NCBI RefSeq assembly: GCF_009834535.1
Contig: NC_045696.1
Span: 40,054,001 to 40,118,000, forward strand
Origin: Camelus ferus
Lineage: Eukaryota
Direction: 5' to 3'
DNA: 64,000 nucleotides
Shown here: positions 13,530 to 27,470 of the stretch, in pieces
Position numbering within the stretch: position 1 is the first letter of the stretch
How the letters are laid out: the number at the start of each line of letters is the position of its first letter
Made by a program: the position numbers and the translations under genes
Notes under the pieces: model-generated
What the model was told of the DNA's origin: nothing
Seen by the model: only the letters and a program-made list of their open reading frames with translations
Database searches by the model: none

Positions 13530-15244
13530 TGTCTCACTCCACAGCCTTTTCTTTAAACCACTCCTCTATTCTATGCATTTTTATTCACTAAGTCTCTGCA
13601 GACATGCTGCTCTTTTGGAAAGAAAAGTCAAAGCACAAAAATATTAATTTCTTAGATGAAGATGAGTTCCCACTTAAAACACTTTTCTCTATTTTATAAT
13701 TGCATTAATCCCTTGCCCATTTTATGAAGCTATCTTATCAGTTCATGGGTGATTATTCAGTCTTGTAAGCTTAAGAAAAAGGTGCTGAAGAATCACAGGT
13801 AATGCTTTTGACAAATAACAACCTGGAAGAGTTAGTACAGTTTAAAGTTGATGAAAATAAAGGCAAGAATGGTACCAGAATTTATACTCTAAAAGGAAAT
13901 GGTTTTGAATAACAAATTGAAAAGGCCATTGGGAAAAACTGATGAAGCTTCGTATTTCTTTGCAAAAATGACAATTTCATGTTCTATAAATGTCAAATGT
14001 AGAACTAAGGATGCCATAACATACTAACAAATGGCTTTGCCTGATTTACCCACAAAAAAGAGAAATTGATTTACACTTTATTTCTTCCTAATATTAGCAC
14101 ATGGTTGAAGAACATTTCATTTAATAACCTAATTATATTACTTGGTTTAATAAATATACTTTTATAATTTTTAGGTTTATTTTTCAATAAAAACTTCAAC
14201 AAATCTTTTATGCACTGTTCAATATGAAATTTTGGTCCCTATTGAAGTGAATTCACTTTGGTCTTTTAACAGAACTAAGTTATAAAGTTTATAAAACTTA
14301 AATAACAAAAGTTACTTCATTTCTAGTTTTCCATTTACTTCTCAGATAATAAAGGGAAGCTTCTTTGGTATGTTGCCTCTTATTTTTATTTCTAAGCATC
14401 AGAGTTAACAATCAATCTCCATATCTCCTCTTCTGGTTTCTGTCACTACACTACAACAGTGATAACAGCCAAAAAAGATAATGTTTTGAGTTTTAGTCCT
14501 AAATTCAATTAGCAATTCTACAACTTTTTTTTGGTTGACTCCCTTGATGAAAATTCAGCTACAAAGACATGCATGCTCTATGTTCTCCAATGGAACAGTT
14601 TGTTCAGGCTAAAATTGAGTCCAACAGGTAGAGAGAAAACAGCTGTAAGAACGAGAGAGAATGTTATTTGCGAGTAGCCAGTCATCATTATTAGAAAGTA
14701 TCCTCTATATGTACATTTATGGAACAAATATATATTCATGATGACAAGTAGGAGAATAAAAATTAATGTCTTAGGAAAATGCTGTTTTGGCAAGGTTCCC
14801 AATTCAATTTAGTATCATGAGTTCTTGAAATACCACCTAAGACTCCTCAAGCCTACCTTTTCTGAGAAGGTATTGTCTTTCAACCAGCAGTCTGAAGCAA
14901 GATGTCTAAGAACCTGAAATATCTTTTCCATTTTTAAAGCTTCAAACCTCTCCACGAGAAGGGATTTATGACTAAGTCTGATATATTCGATCATTTCCCC
15001 TGTATTTTTCCTGGCACTGTGTTGAAAGGGTGACTTAAACGTTAAAAGATTTATGTGTCATATAAAGTAAAGGCAGTCAGTTTGTCATCAGAGGTGTGAT
15101 TTTGGCTGCCATCTGGCTGAAATAATGAGTTCTTTCCTGTTTAGTGACAGGGGGAAAAAGAAAAAGGTGAAGAGGACCAGAGAATAGTATTATGGAATCA
15201 ACTCTGAGCAACAGATTCGGAGAGCCATTCATGTACTCGTGTGA

Positions 15245-15470
15245 CAGCAGAGAAGTAAGAAAGCTTTGGTTTTGGTGTCAGACAGACCTGAGTTCTGAAT
15301 CTGAATCCCGTTAACATTGCATAAACTTTAACTGAATAAATAAGTATTCTGAATCTCAGCTTCCTCATCAGAAAAATGGGAACTAATAATAGGGTTGTTG
15401 TAAGATTAAATGTGGTAATATACACATAGTGGTAAGCAAGCACAGAGTTGACATGTGGCAGATCAATCAA
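15245..15470 (+). mobile_element. MIR SINE, near full length
   Basis: gtcagacagacctgagttctgaat...ctcagcttcctcatcagaaaaatggg...agggttgttgtaagattaaatg. Confidence 0.85.
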
Positions 15471-15689
15471 TAAAACTATAGATTATCATCAAGATATTTT
15501 ATAAGAAATAGGTAAAAGTTATTTTTAAAAATCTCCTAACCACTAAATTACTTTTTCTCAAAATGAGGCATGAGGAAAATTTGCATCAACATCACAGTAT
15601 GGGATGCTCATTTCTGGCTCCCACACAGATCTCCCCAATTTTCCTAATGTATTTATTATTGAATTAAACAGGCTGATAATATAGAACAT

Positions 15690-15950
15690 AATCTAGGAAG
15701 GTCATTTTAGACAAGGTGGTCTGGTAAAACCTGGTCAGAGGAGGTGACAGCTGAACTGAGACTTAAAGGAGGAAATTGAGACCACCACAGAAAGTTGGGG
15801 GGAAAGCATTTCAGGCAGAAAGAATGAAAAAAAAAATTAATGGCCTGGCAGTCTGAAGACTTGGCATGCTGTTAAAAGAGACAAATGTAATTGGAATGTA
15901 GTGAGAGAGAAGAATGGCATGAAATGATACTGGAGGTGTTAGAGAAGAAA
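15690..15950 (-). mobile_element. L2 fragment
   Basis: 'gaggaggtgacagctgaactgagacttaaagga' and 'gcatttcaggcagaaagaa' L2 motifs. Confidence 0.7.
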
Positions 15951-15954
15951 GAAA

Positions 15955-18170
15955 TTGTCCCCCCTTAGGCCACTCACATACATTTTCTTCCCACTGTAAA
16001 TTCTTCCCATCTGGAAGCATCTTTTCCAGAATTAAAGTTGGTCTCTTTTTCTGGGGAACTATATAAGGGTTGGTTAATGGGATAAACTATAGGCCCTACC
16101 ATATTGCTGTCTCGCCAGCAACTGATATTCATCATCTCTCTTCTCTACCAACCATTCTAGATTCCCTTCAGTTAGCATTTCTGCTGGTCTAGGTGGCTTG
16201 CTTGGTGGGTAGCCCACACCATTATTCATGATGAATCTAAGTCCCTGGTCACCATGACATTCTCAGGCCATTACTAATGTACTTTACCATTACCATCAAA
16301 ATTGAGCAGACTTGCAGGGCCATGGCTAAAGATGGCCCACTGGACCGTCTGGTTGCCAAATATATTCTTCCCTGTTCCCACTACATAATAGCCGCTCTAC
16401 TTCCCCCTAGTATTTAGGGTCAGTTATGCTTTCCCTCTAATCTCTTTGCATGAGGAGCCTATAGTAGCTGGAAGACAGCCATTACCTTAAAGTCACATGG
16501 ACATTTACTATATACCCTAATAAAAGCATTACACCCTGTAACCTCTAGCCTCAGAGCATAAAGTTCTTGGATTGGAAAGTACATTATTTCCCCTATGTGG
16601 GTCACTGAAAGTAATGATATGTGGGGCAGTTCTGATTTCCATACCTTGGTTCATGAACCAACTTATTAAACCTATTGGCATAACACTATATGAAGTCACT
16701 GATCTAGAAGTGGTGTCAACACATTTTTTTTTCTGTAAAAGATTTAACAGTAAATATTTTAGGTGTTGCAGATCATATGGTTTTGTCACAACTACTCAAC
16801 TTTGCCACTACAGTGTGAACGCTATCAAAGGCAATATGTAAATGAAAAAAAATGATTGTGTTCTAATTAAACTTTATTAACAACAAAGGTGGCAGGTCAG
16901 ATATGGTGCTTGGACTGCAGTTTGTTGGCCTCTGATTTGGAGTGTACAGTGCATCCTCGAGGATGACACCCACTTCTTGCAGAGCAATATCCTAGCTGAT
17001 GCGAGGGCTGCATAATCAAAAGATCGTTGGATCACCCTTTCAGGTTGGTAGCTTCTGGGCAGTGAGGTGCCATGTGACAAGACCCACTACCACACCCTCT
17101 TTGTTGTAGGTGGGATTTGGGATCTGATTTGATGTTATGTGGGATATCTGATTATCTGGTCATCAGATTAAATATTCTGTAGCCCTCAAATAGTGGTGCT
17201 GGCCAAGGATACGTCAGCAGGAATGACAAAATAAATGCCACTTTCTCCAGGGTAAAAGTGACCCAATGTAACCAATTTATTATCAATTGCCTGGGTATCC
17301 TTTTCAAGCAATTAGGCCTCAGTATTAGTTTCTCTTGCTGATATGTTGGATATTTAGAAGGGATAGTAGCTAGGTAAGTTTTGATAAGTGGGAACAGATG
17401 AGCTGGGCCCAAGAAGAGCCTCTATTCTTGTCATCCTGGCTAATCCATTCATGAGCTCATTGTCCCAGCATTGAGGTGGTGGATGACAGATGCTATCTGA
17501 CATCAGCTGGCCCATAAGTTCAACATGGTAATTTTCCTCACTATAAAAATCTCTAGTAACATAAGGTATGCGGGGTCATATGGTCCATGTATTAGAGCTA
17601 CTTGTATTATGGCCTGATCTTGCTACAGACCTCTTACCTACCTGCTTTGAGCCTCACTAAAAGCAGGTAACATTTATGCCACTTGACAAGTGGATCCAAG
17701 AAGTATTACCAAGTGTAAAATGTTGCCTCCCAATACCTAAGGAGGCATACAAAGTGCTGCGCTACCTTCCTAGTGGTGAGATGTATGAGGTGTAAAAGCT
17801 TTCTGATTATGGAGGTGATATACAGACATGCTCCTGACTACTGTGAAATTCAATTATGTGGCAGTTCATGAATCTTCCTAATGCATATACCCCACCCTCT
17901 GGAGCATATATATCTTATCAAGGCGCTCATATATCTCATCAAGGGCTGCAACATATTCATCACCCATTGCTTAGCTGTTCCAGTTAACAAGAGCTATCAC
18001 TATAAAGGACCAATGTGATACACTATAGAGTATCCAAATGGTTGATGTCTCTTGGAACAATATTATGAGAGAGCTGGAGAGTTTACATAGCCTGAATCAA
18101 GACTGTAATGTTCTGTATTTTCTATTCTATGCGAATGCAGTTTTAACCTCTCTTTTGACAGATGAAAAAT
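15955..18170 (-). mobile_element. Decayed ERVL-class (ERV3-16A3-like) pol region: RT and integrase remnants
   Basis: Reverse complement of ~18000-18120 resembles ERVL RT (PQGY-NSP region). Reverse complement of ~17230-17490 resembles the integrase N-terminus. Many stops and frameshifts. Confidence 0.7.
16709..16935. mobile_element. MER58A-like hAT MITE nested in the ERVL
   Basis: ttttctgtaaa...agtaaatattttagg...caactactcaactttgcc...cagtttgttggcctctg. Confidence 0.85.
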
Positions 18171-18229
18171 ATTACATTTGTCGGATTAATGTCAAATGTT
18201 GACAATAATAAATAATTAAATATGAGCTC

Positions 18230-19010
18230 TGAAAGTCAAGGCCTTCCTGGTAGAACAAAAAGAGACTCTCAATTACTGAAGGAAGAAAATAACTTTACAA
18301 ATACAGTAGAGTTCCAGAAAAAGTTCACTTCTCAACAGTGGCAAATCTGATATACGAAGATCAGAAGTCTAATTTGGAAAGCACAGAATCCTGATTCTAG
18401 GGATGGAGTCATTTGGGTGAATGTATCAAAAATTTTGAATTCCTAGATCCTCCTGACCTCCCTGACCCCACAGAAGTGGCCCAAACATCCCTGTTAAAGG
18501 CTGGTGCTTCCCCTTTCTGCTTTGTGATACAATATGCATTACTCTCAGGATATGTCTCCACTTCCTCTCCTGACCACCAGACCAATATCTAGGGCCCATT
18601 TATAATATCACCCAACCAGGGAAGTGCTAGGTCTGATAAAGGAAAAGGAATATATGCCAAAGATCAGTTAAGACCTGGTTAACACATATTAGTAAAGGTC
18701 AAGAGATTTGTTCCTGAGGTGCTGGATCAGGGGGAGAGAACACAAAGTTCAATAAGTGAGAGTTTATTTGCCACTCTTCTGGGACATAGGAATTAACTCC
18801 CTGGCAAGACTTTAAGGGGAAAAAAAAGAGTTAACATACTGCTAGGATGATCCGTGGAAGTTTGGGAAAAAACAAAAGCCTGTTCTAAGTGAAGTGGAAA
18901 TTCTAGAACCACTGTGGCAAACAGCTGAGATAGTGATCAACAGGCAGAGAGAAGTGAACAGGCTAGAGGAGACACACTATGTATGGCTGGAAAACCCTTC
19001 AGCTGACAAT
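18230..19010 (+). mobile_element. ERVL-class gag remnant, opposite in orientation to the adjacent pol and LTR
   Basis: Plus-strand similarity to recalled ERV3-16A3/ERVL gag (ctgaggtgctggatcaggggga; gaagtggaaattctagaaccactgtggca; gaaaacccttcagctgac). Confidence 0.65.
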
Positions 19011-19014
19011 ATTT

Positions 19015-19367
19015 TGTGGGAGGCAAAGTTGGGACAAGCTGAACTGCAATGTAGTCCTCTAATAAAGGCCTCAGCCAGTCTTCTAGGAAGTTCTGGCACT
19101 AGAAATGGCCCTTCAGTATAGTCCCAAATGGAGGCAATGAGATTGGGCCTTTGTACCCTCCTCAGTAATAAATTATTGGATGCAAGTTGCTCAAGGAAGG
19201 GAGTACAACTTTGGGTGAGGCAGATTCCTTTAGCCAAGGCCAATGCCCAGAGACAGTCTAAGTGAAGAGCTATTAGTAACCAATACTTTTACCAGGTACC
19301 AATACCTGGGGTAATGAGTGCTATGGTTCTGGAAGGGTAGGACTGTGCTCTATAGCATTCTCTATAC
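19015..19367 (-). mobile_element. LTR16A-like LTR lacking its 3' end
   Basis: Reverse complement resembles LTR16A (gcactcattacccc; gcctcacccaa; catccaataa; ttgggactatactgaagggccat; ggctgaggcct). Confidence 0.75.
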
Positions 19368-20789
19368 CATCATTATTGAATCTACTCTTGAGTGAATATA
19401 AGCCTCTAGTTCATCTTTCAAAATTACTCAAGTGGCAAAGAAAATTGGAGCCAGGAGAATTCTTGGACATGTGATCAAGCAGACACTTTGAGAAAAAGGG
19501 ATCTGCACAAGAAATGGCTCATCTCAAGTGTCCAAGAGTTTTACATTACCACAGCTGACTTCAGTGTAATTCACAATTGTTTCTAAAGATCCAAGACAAT
19601 TACTCATTTATTTCTTCCTAAGAAAATCTTTTCCAATTTTATAAGTGAGGAAGAAATGTCATAATATTTAGAATAGAAAGAGTTGGTATGCTTCCAGTAA
19701 AGCAAACCCTACAACTGAGGTTCTTTTTAAACTGATTCTCCTGTGGATGAATAACTAGCGCAGCCAAAGCCCTCCCACCATCTTTTGAGTTTGACCTATG
19801 AGCCTGTACAATATGACTTTTCAGGACAGGGATTTCTGCTAACCCTTTGTAATCAAGACATTATCCAGTCAACCAAAATGTTTGTTAAACTCCTGTGTGG
19901 CCATGACAAGAACTGTAAGATATTGGGCTGCTGCAATATCAGTGACTCCCAAAAATAAAGTATGTGATTTCTTTCACCAACATTTAATGTGCTGGATGTG
20001 ACTAATCTGATTTTTCATGATGCACGTTTTAGTCAGTAAGAACTCCTGTGTTAACCATTGATACATAAATTTCCTAGAACTAAAGAATTAACAAAGTTCA
20101 GAAGCTAATTCCTCAGTCTAACTTCAATATCTGAAATTAGATCCCAATCTCGGGTATCTGGAATCCTCAAAGAGAACTAGTGAGTCCCTGATATCTAGAA
20201 GCACCAAATTTTGCTCTTGCTGATTTCTGATACTTTTAGGACAGCTTTACCCATGGAGGGGAAGAAAGCATTCATGCATTGTTGTTCATCAGTAAACCTT
20301 GAGAACTGGTGAAGGACTGAGTAGAGAACTAAACTTTTTAGCTGTCAGCAATACTTAAATACTTTTCAGAATGCTAAATTTGAAGACTTAATCCAAACAC
20401 TATCTAAATAAACCAATAAATATAAAACACACATAAAGAACTAAATGTAAGAATGTGAGTTCATGTTAACTTGTTTATAAATAATGAACAGCTCAGGGAG
20501 ACTGATTTTATATACAGTGCATTCTTCTCTTGGTGCTTGCCATGTGTTTAGGAAAATTAAAATGTATTACAGCTGGAAAGTCAGTGAACTGCTTCATGCC
20601 AATGCTCCAGACTTTTCTTCTGGATCCTACGTTCAAGGAAACACTTGAGACTATGCAGAACCCTTCCTGGACAAAGCAACCTGGGGATGATCCTGCTTGG
20701 CTTCCTTCTGTGTAGAAAAGGCATTGAGAATTTTTTAGGCTCTAGAATCATGTTCCTCATCACTATGCAAGCCATACTACCACTTGTTA

Positions 20790-20945
20790 AAATCCTACGA
20801 GGGTGACACTATTATTCTCATTTCACAGATGACGAATCTGAGACACAAGAGATGTTAAATGTCCTGTCTGAAGTCACAAGGCTAGTAAAATCGGAGACAT
20901 CATTCAATCTTCAGCAATTTGCTTGGAGAACTTGTGGCTTTAATT
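20790..20945 (-). mobile_element. MIR SINE
   Basis: ctattattctcatttcacagatgacgaatctgagacac...gtcaca core. Confidence 0.75.
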
Positions 20946-22149
20946 AATTGGTGTGCTGACTTCTGCTCTCATTATTTATTAACAATATTAATAAAACCAG
21001 GAGTATTTGAGAATAATAATCAGGAATGAAAATATAAAAATCATATAAATGAAGCTGATTACCCCATTTGATCCTATTTTTTGCCTAGTCAGGTGTGTGC
21101 ATTTGATTTGCAAATCTTCACAAGAATTACGACCCTCAATGGCCCACAAATGTTTCAGACACTTAAAAAGAACTGACTGGATAATTCTTCTGGTCATCTT
21201 GAAAATACTGTTACAAAGACCATTCCTCTCAAAGCTCTGAATTATCCAGGTGGCATATTTGCTTTGCCAGCTAATTAATCTACTAAATAAATTTAAATAA
21301 ATTACTAATACAGTTCTATCTGATGTGATTTTTGGGCTTATTTTTCTCGGCTTTATTTTTCTAAATAAAAGTATGAACCTACATTAGATTATCATATCTC
21401 AACGTTTTCTGATTTTAAAAGAAATATACACTTAATATATGAAATCTAATGAATAGTGAAAGTTGTACAGTTGAAAACAACATTTATTTATACTCCTACC
21501 TGACAAAGACACTAGTAACATTTTCATAGACTTTTCTCCTCCTCTTCTTCCTCCCTCTCTCTCCTCTTCCTCCTTCATTTAGTTTTTCTGTACCGACACT
21601 ATTAGGGTGGATTCTATAAGTATGGCTTTCCATTCTGCTTTATATCATTGCTTACTTGAATTAATCATTAAATATTCTTCAAAAGCAAAGAAGTAATTTT
21701 AGTGGCTGTTTGAATAATATCATATTATATGAATGCAGCTTAATGAATATTTTGACATGTTTGTTTGAAAAATAAAACTGTAAGACTCTTCTGTTCATCT
21801 CATTGCCAAAATACTATCACCACTTTCAGACACCTGCACAAGTCTCTTCAATGAGCTCCTGCAACTTCTAATCCCCACCAATCTAGTCTCCACCTGCAGT
21901 CAACACCATTGGCAAAACTGTATGATCGCTTTTAGAATAAACACCAGATACTTTACTGCAACTACTAATCTCTGGATGGTTTAGCTGCTGCCTCCATCAC
22001 CAGTCTCTTCTTAAACAAACCCCCATTTTATTCCCTGGTCTCCCGCCATAAGATCTTTGCTACGGTTGTTTCCTCTTCCTAGAATTCATGTTATTCAATT
22101 ATTTAACCTTTAATAATTCCTCAAGTTTCTTAGATTTATTGATCTTTTA

Positions 22150-23920
22150 TACTGCCTTTTGATCTCTGTTTTATTTATTTCCCTTCTGATCTTTATTATT
22201 TAATTCTTTCTGCTAACTTTGGGCCTTGTTCTTCTTTTTCTAATTCATTTAGGTGGATGGTTAGATTATTTGAGATTTTTCTTACTTCTTGAGGAAGGCC
22301 TATATCACTATAAATGTCCCTCTTAGAGCTACTTTGCTATATCCTATATATTTTGGGGTATGTTTCCATTTTCAATTTTCTTGAGGTTTTCTGATTTCCT
22401 TTTTGATTTTTTCATTAACCAATCAGTTTTTGGTAGTATGCTGTTCGGTCTTCATGTGTTTATTTTTTTCCCAATTTTCTTTCTGAAAATGATTTCTAAT
22501 TTCATGCTGTTGTGGTCAGAAGAAAATGCTTAGTATACTTTCTATCCTCTTAAATTTGTTGAGATTTGTTTTGTGACTTAGCATGTGATCTAACCTGGAG
22601 AATGATTCATGTGCACTTGAAAAAAATGTGTATTAAGGAATGTAATGTCATATATATATATAAAGTCCAACGGGTACACTGTGTCATTTAAGACCACTGT
22701 TGTTTCATTGATTTTTTTTGGGGGGAGGGGGCCTAGATTTTCTATCTACTCATGTCAGCAGTGTTAAAGTCCCTACTATTAATGTGTAATTGTCAATTTC
22801 TCCTTTTATGTCAGTTAGTATTTGCTTTGTAAATTCAAGTGTTCCTGTAATGGGTGCATGTATGTTAACGAGTGTAGTATCTTCTTCTTGTATTGATCCC
22901 TTTATCATAAGTAATGCCTTTCTTTGTCTTTTGTTATAGCCTTTGTTTTAACATCTATTTTGTGTGATATGAGTATTGCTACTCTCACTTTTTTGTCATT
23001 TCCATGTGCATAAAATACCTTTTTCTATTTTCTTATTTTCAGTCTGTGTATGTCTTCAGCTCTGAAGTGAGCCTCTTGTAGGCCAGCATATAGAAATGTC
23101 TTCTTTTTTAATCCAATCAGCCACCCTATGTCTTTTGATTGGAGCATTTAGTCCATTGACATTTAAAGTAATTATTGATTGGTATGTACTTCCTGCCATT
23201 TTATTACTTGTTTTCCATTTGTTTTTGTAGTTCTTTTTTGTTTGTTTCTTCTTTTTGTTTCTTCCCTTGTGGTTTGATGATTTTCTTTAGTATTGTGTTT
23301 GTTTTCCTTTCTTTCTAGCTTTTGTGTATCTATTGTATGTTTTTGATTTGTGGTTACCATGGGGTTTACATACACTGAACTATATCTACTTGTTTTAAAC
23401 TGGCTGCCATTTTTTTTAAACTCATAAAAGTGTTTTTACTGATTTTAACTCACTTCCTGGAAAGTTAATTTTTAAAACACTTTATGGGAGTTTGTCCATC
23501 CCTTGTGATACATTTTAAAATATCTACATTTTTTACTCCTCTATCCCACATTTTGTTTTTGATTTCATATTTTACATTTTCATGTTTATTCATTAACTGT
23601 TTACTATACTTACAATTGCTTTTATAAATTTTCTTCTACTCTTCTTATTGGCTTATTTAAATGGTTGATCCTTAGTCCTAACTACATATTTGCCTGCCAT
23701 TCCTAGCAGATTTTCACTTTACTATATAATCTTATTTTTATTCCAGTTAAACAAGACCCTTTAATTTTTATTTCAGGGGAGGCTTAGTATTGATGAACTT
23801 TTAGTTTTTGCTTGCCTGAGAAGTTCTTTATCTTTCCTATTCTAAATTATAATCTTATGGAGTAGAGTACCTTAGGTTGCAAGATTTTAGTTTTCAGCAC
23901 TTTGAATATATTATGTCTCT
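22150..23920 (-). mobile_element. L1 fragment (ORF1 C-terminus, inter-ORF, ORF2 endonuclease region)
   Basis: T-rich reverse L1 sequence (ttgtggtcagaagaaaatgctt; ctctgaagtgagcctcttgtagg; cttaggttgcaag). Confidence 0.85.
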
Positions 23921-24299
23921 CCTTTATTATGTTTTACTAATTGTTACTTTTGGAATTAAAGTAAAGAGAACTGGATCAACCATCATTCTTGGTTCATGAC
24001 ACATTATCACCCTTGGTCCATGTACAGCTTACTTGGATTCATTTATTTACTGTTAAATAATACAATGAATCTTGGTTCCAATTACCAATCAAGAAATCTT
24101 CACAAAAATACACCACTTTGAATTGTATATTCATAATGTCTTGCTTTCTTAAAATTTTTTTAATTATATATAATATATATCAGTATGTAAAATACACATT
24201 CACAAATACATGCATAGTTATATGCATATAAATGTCTACATAAGTATATACAAATGTATCTATAAATATGTTTGTCTGTATATAAACATATGTATATGA

Positions 24300-26220
24300 A
24301 TATAAATGTAAGCATACATATATATTGCTTACTTTGAACTTTGTAAAAAAGGCATTTGGCTTTTGTAGTCTTCTGTCACTTTTTTTTTTTTCACTCAGCA
24401 TTTTACCAAGATTTATCCATGCTATTGTACATAGCTTTAATTCAATCATTTTTACTGTTTCATAATGTATTATAGGAATAAGCCAAAATTTATCAATCCA
24501 TTCGCTTGTCAATGAGAAGTTTGTTTATTTTGAATTTTCTATTGTTAGTTTTCTATAAAGCTTCTTACATATGTATGCCTTCTGTATAGTTTAAAGAATT
24601 TCTCTTAAGTATATATACAAGTAATTTATTTGGGATTTCTAGGGTATACATGTGTTCATTTAAAATTACAGGAAACATCATACATCTAGACAAAACCATT
24701 GCCACAGTGTACATTCATCAGCAATGTAAAAGAGTTTCCACTGATCCACATTCTCTCCAACCCTCAGTACTATCACATTTTCTTAGATTCTGCCAAGTAT
24801 ATGCATAAAAAATGGTATCTCATTTAGGTATCCCTTTATCTCATTTTCTTGGTTTGCTTTCCCTGGGTAAGTCTGAATATCTCATGTGTGTTTCCTTCAC
24901 TATAATATGTCTATTCAAATCTTTTAAGTATTTTTCTATTGGCCTTTGTCTTTTTTTTTATTAATTTGTAAGCATTATTGGTATGTTTTTGAGGGTAATT
25001 CTTTGTCCTTTATGTGTGTTACAAACATCTACTATCAGTTTATATTCTGCCCTTTTACTTTAAGAAATCTTTTAATAAATATAAGTTGAAATCTTAATTC
25101 AATTAATTAGTCTTTTCTTTTATAATCAACATGTTATCTTCTCTAGAAAATAAATATTTTGAAGTATTCCTTTTCACATTTAATTCCCTAATCTACTTGA
25201 AGGTGATATGTGTGTGTGTGTGTGTGCGCGCGCGCGCATGTGCACACGTGTATATAGTTTGAGACAGAAATCTAATTTCCTTTTTTGCCATATAGGTAAC
25301 TGACTCTTCAATCTCCACTTACAGGGAAGTCTCTACTTTTGCCAGTGACTTGGCTTTCTACTTTTGTCCTACATGAAAGTGCACATATGTGTGTTAATGG
25401 GCTCTGTATAATATTCTATTGGTTTATTTTTCTATTTCAGCACTAATATTTCACTGCCTTAGTTGCTACAGTTCTATAATAAGTATTGATATCTGGCTAT
25501 TTCATATTCTTTACTTCTCTTATTGAAATATGCAGGGTTACTCACTACTACTTATTTTTCTTATGTAGATATGTATTGGTCATTTGTTATTCCATATAAA
25601 TTTTAGAATAGGCTTGTCATATTCCATAAAAACCTTGTTGGAACTGTGATTGGAATTATATTGAACAGAGAATTGGGGGGAAATTAACACTCCAACAACA
25701 CTGAATATTTCTATCCACGTATATAGGATATATCTCAATTTATTTGTATTTTTCCTATTATTATTCAGTAAAATTTTATTAAATTCTGCCTATAAATCTT
25801 GCAAAACTTTATTGGGTTAATCCCTAAGTTCTTTATAGTTATTTTAGCTACTGTATATATTGCCCCTTGAGTTTTCATTTTCTAAGTATTATTCCTAGGA
25901 TACAGAAATGCAATTGACTTTTGAATACTGAATTTATATCAACCAACCAAATTAAACTCTTATGATTTTTAATAAATTATATCTGATTCTACCACATTTT
26001 TATATAGACACTCATATCATTTGTAAATATCAATTTTATTTCCTCCTTTCAACTTCATGCTTTATTTGCTTATTGCACTATGTAGTACTTCAAATACAAT
26101 TTTTTCATATAAGTGGTATAGTATTACTATACAGTGCTTGGTTCCAAAGGAATGCCTCTTATACTTTCCAATTTTGGATTATGTTAATTTGTTTTTATGG
26201 ATATGTTACCAGATTTAGGT
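24300..26220 (-). mobile_element. Ancient L1ME-like ORF2 3' half and 3' UTR
   Basis: Highly diverged reverse L1 (ttccatataaattttagaataggcttgtc; tacagaaatgcaattgactttt). Confidence 0.75.
25206..25256. repeat. Compound (TG)n(CG)n alternating purine-pyrimidine tract
   Basis: Directly visible; 51 bp of uninterrupted R/Y alternation. Confidence 0.95.
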
Positions 26221-26474
26221 AATACTCTTCCAATCTTACCTTTATTTTTGTTTATTTGATTCCATTTTCACTTTATGTGTTCTTTAAGTTCAGAATTTTT
26301 TAGACCAAAGAATTAATATAGGGACATACTCTAGATACAATCAATCTAAAAACTTCCATCATGGATTTTTTTTTAGTCCTTTCTTTACCTATGGAATATT
26401 ATAATGTATGTGTTTCACTAAACATTTTATTATATTTATATGTAAAAGATTCATAAACAGCGTCACAAACTTAA

Positions 26475-27470
26475 AATGTCTATTCAGGTCTTCAGCCCAT
26501 TTTTAAATCAGGGTTTTGGTGGTTTTTTTTTTTTTTTTGATGCTGAGTTGTATGGCTACTTTGTATAATCTGGCTATTAATCATTATTAGCTGTATCATT
26601 TGCACATATCTTCTCCATTCAGTAAGCAGTCTTTTGGGTTTGTTTTTTTTTTTTTGAGTTTCCTTCATTGTGCATAAACTTTTTAGTCTGATGTAGTCCA
26701 TTTGTTTATTTTTGCTTTTGTTTCCCATTACTTGAGGAGATATATCCAAAAAATATTGCTAAGACCAATGTCAAAAAGTATATTGCCTATATTTTCTTCT
26801 AGAGGTTTCACAGTTTCAGGCCTTATATTTTAGAATTTAATCCATTTTGAGTTTATTTTTGTATATGGTGTATACTGTCTGGTTTGATTCTTTTGCAGGT
26901 AAATGTCCAGTTTTCTGTATACCATATATTGAAGAGGCTGTCTTTTCCCCATTGTATGTTTTTGCCTTCTTTGTCATAATAGATTCACTGACCATATAAG
27001 TGTGGGTTCATTTCTGGACTCTCTCTTCTTTTCCATTGTTCTATGTGTCCATTTTTATGTAAATACCATACTACTTTTGATTACTGATTACTGTAGCTTT
27101 GTAATATAGTTTGTGTCTTCATTATTTTTCACCAGTGTCTTATAGTTTTCTGAAGTACAGGTCATTTACTTCCTTAGTTAGATTTATTCCTAGGTATTTT
27201 ATTTTTTGATACAATTATAAATCAGATTATTTTCTGAATTTTTCTTTCTGATAGTTCATTGTTAATGTACAGAAATGCAATGGGTTTCTGTATATTAATT
27301 TTTGTATCCTGCAACTTTGCTGAATTCATTGATAAGTTCTAACAGTTTTTGGTGACATCCTTAGGATTTTCTATGTATAGTATCATGTTATCTGTAAACA
27401 ATGATACTTTTACTTCTTCCTTTCCAATTTGGATTCTTTTTATTTTTCTTATCTGACTGCTGTGGCTAAA
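26475..27470 (-). mobile_element. L1 ORF2 fragment with an internal deletion near 27115
   Basis: Reverse ORF2 sequence; jumps from 'tttgtaatatagttt' to 'gtgtcttc...ttttcaccagtgtcttatag'. Confidence 0.8.
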
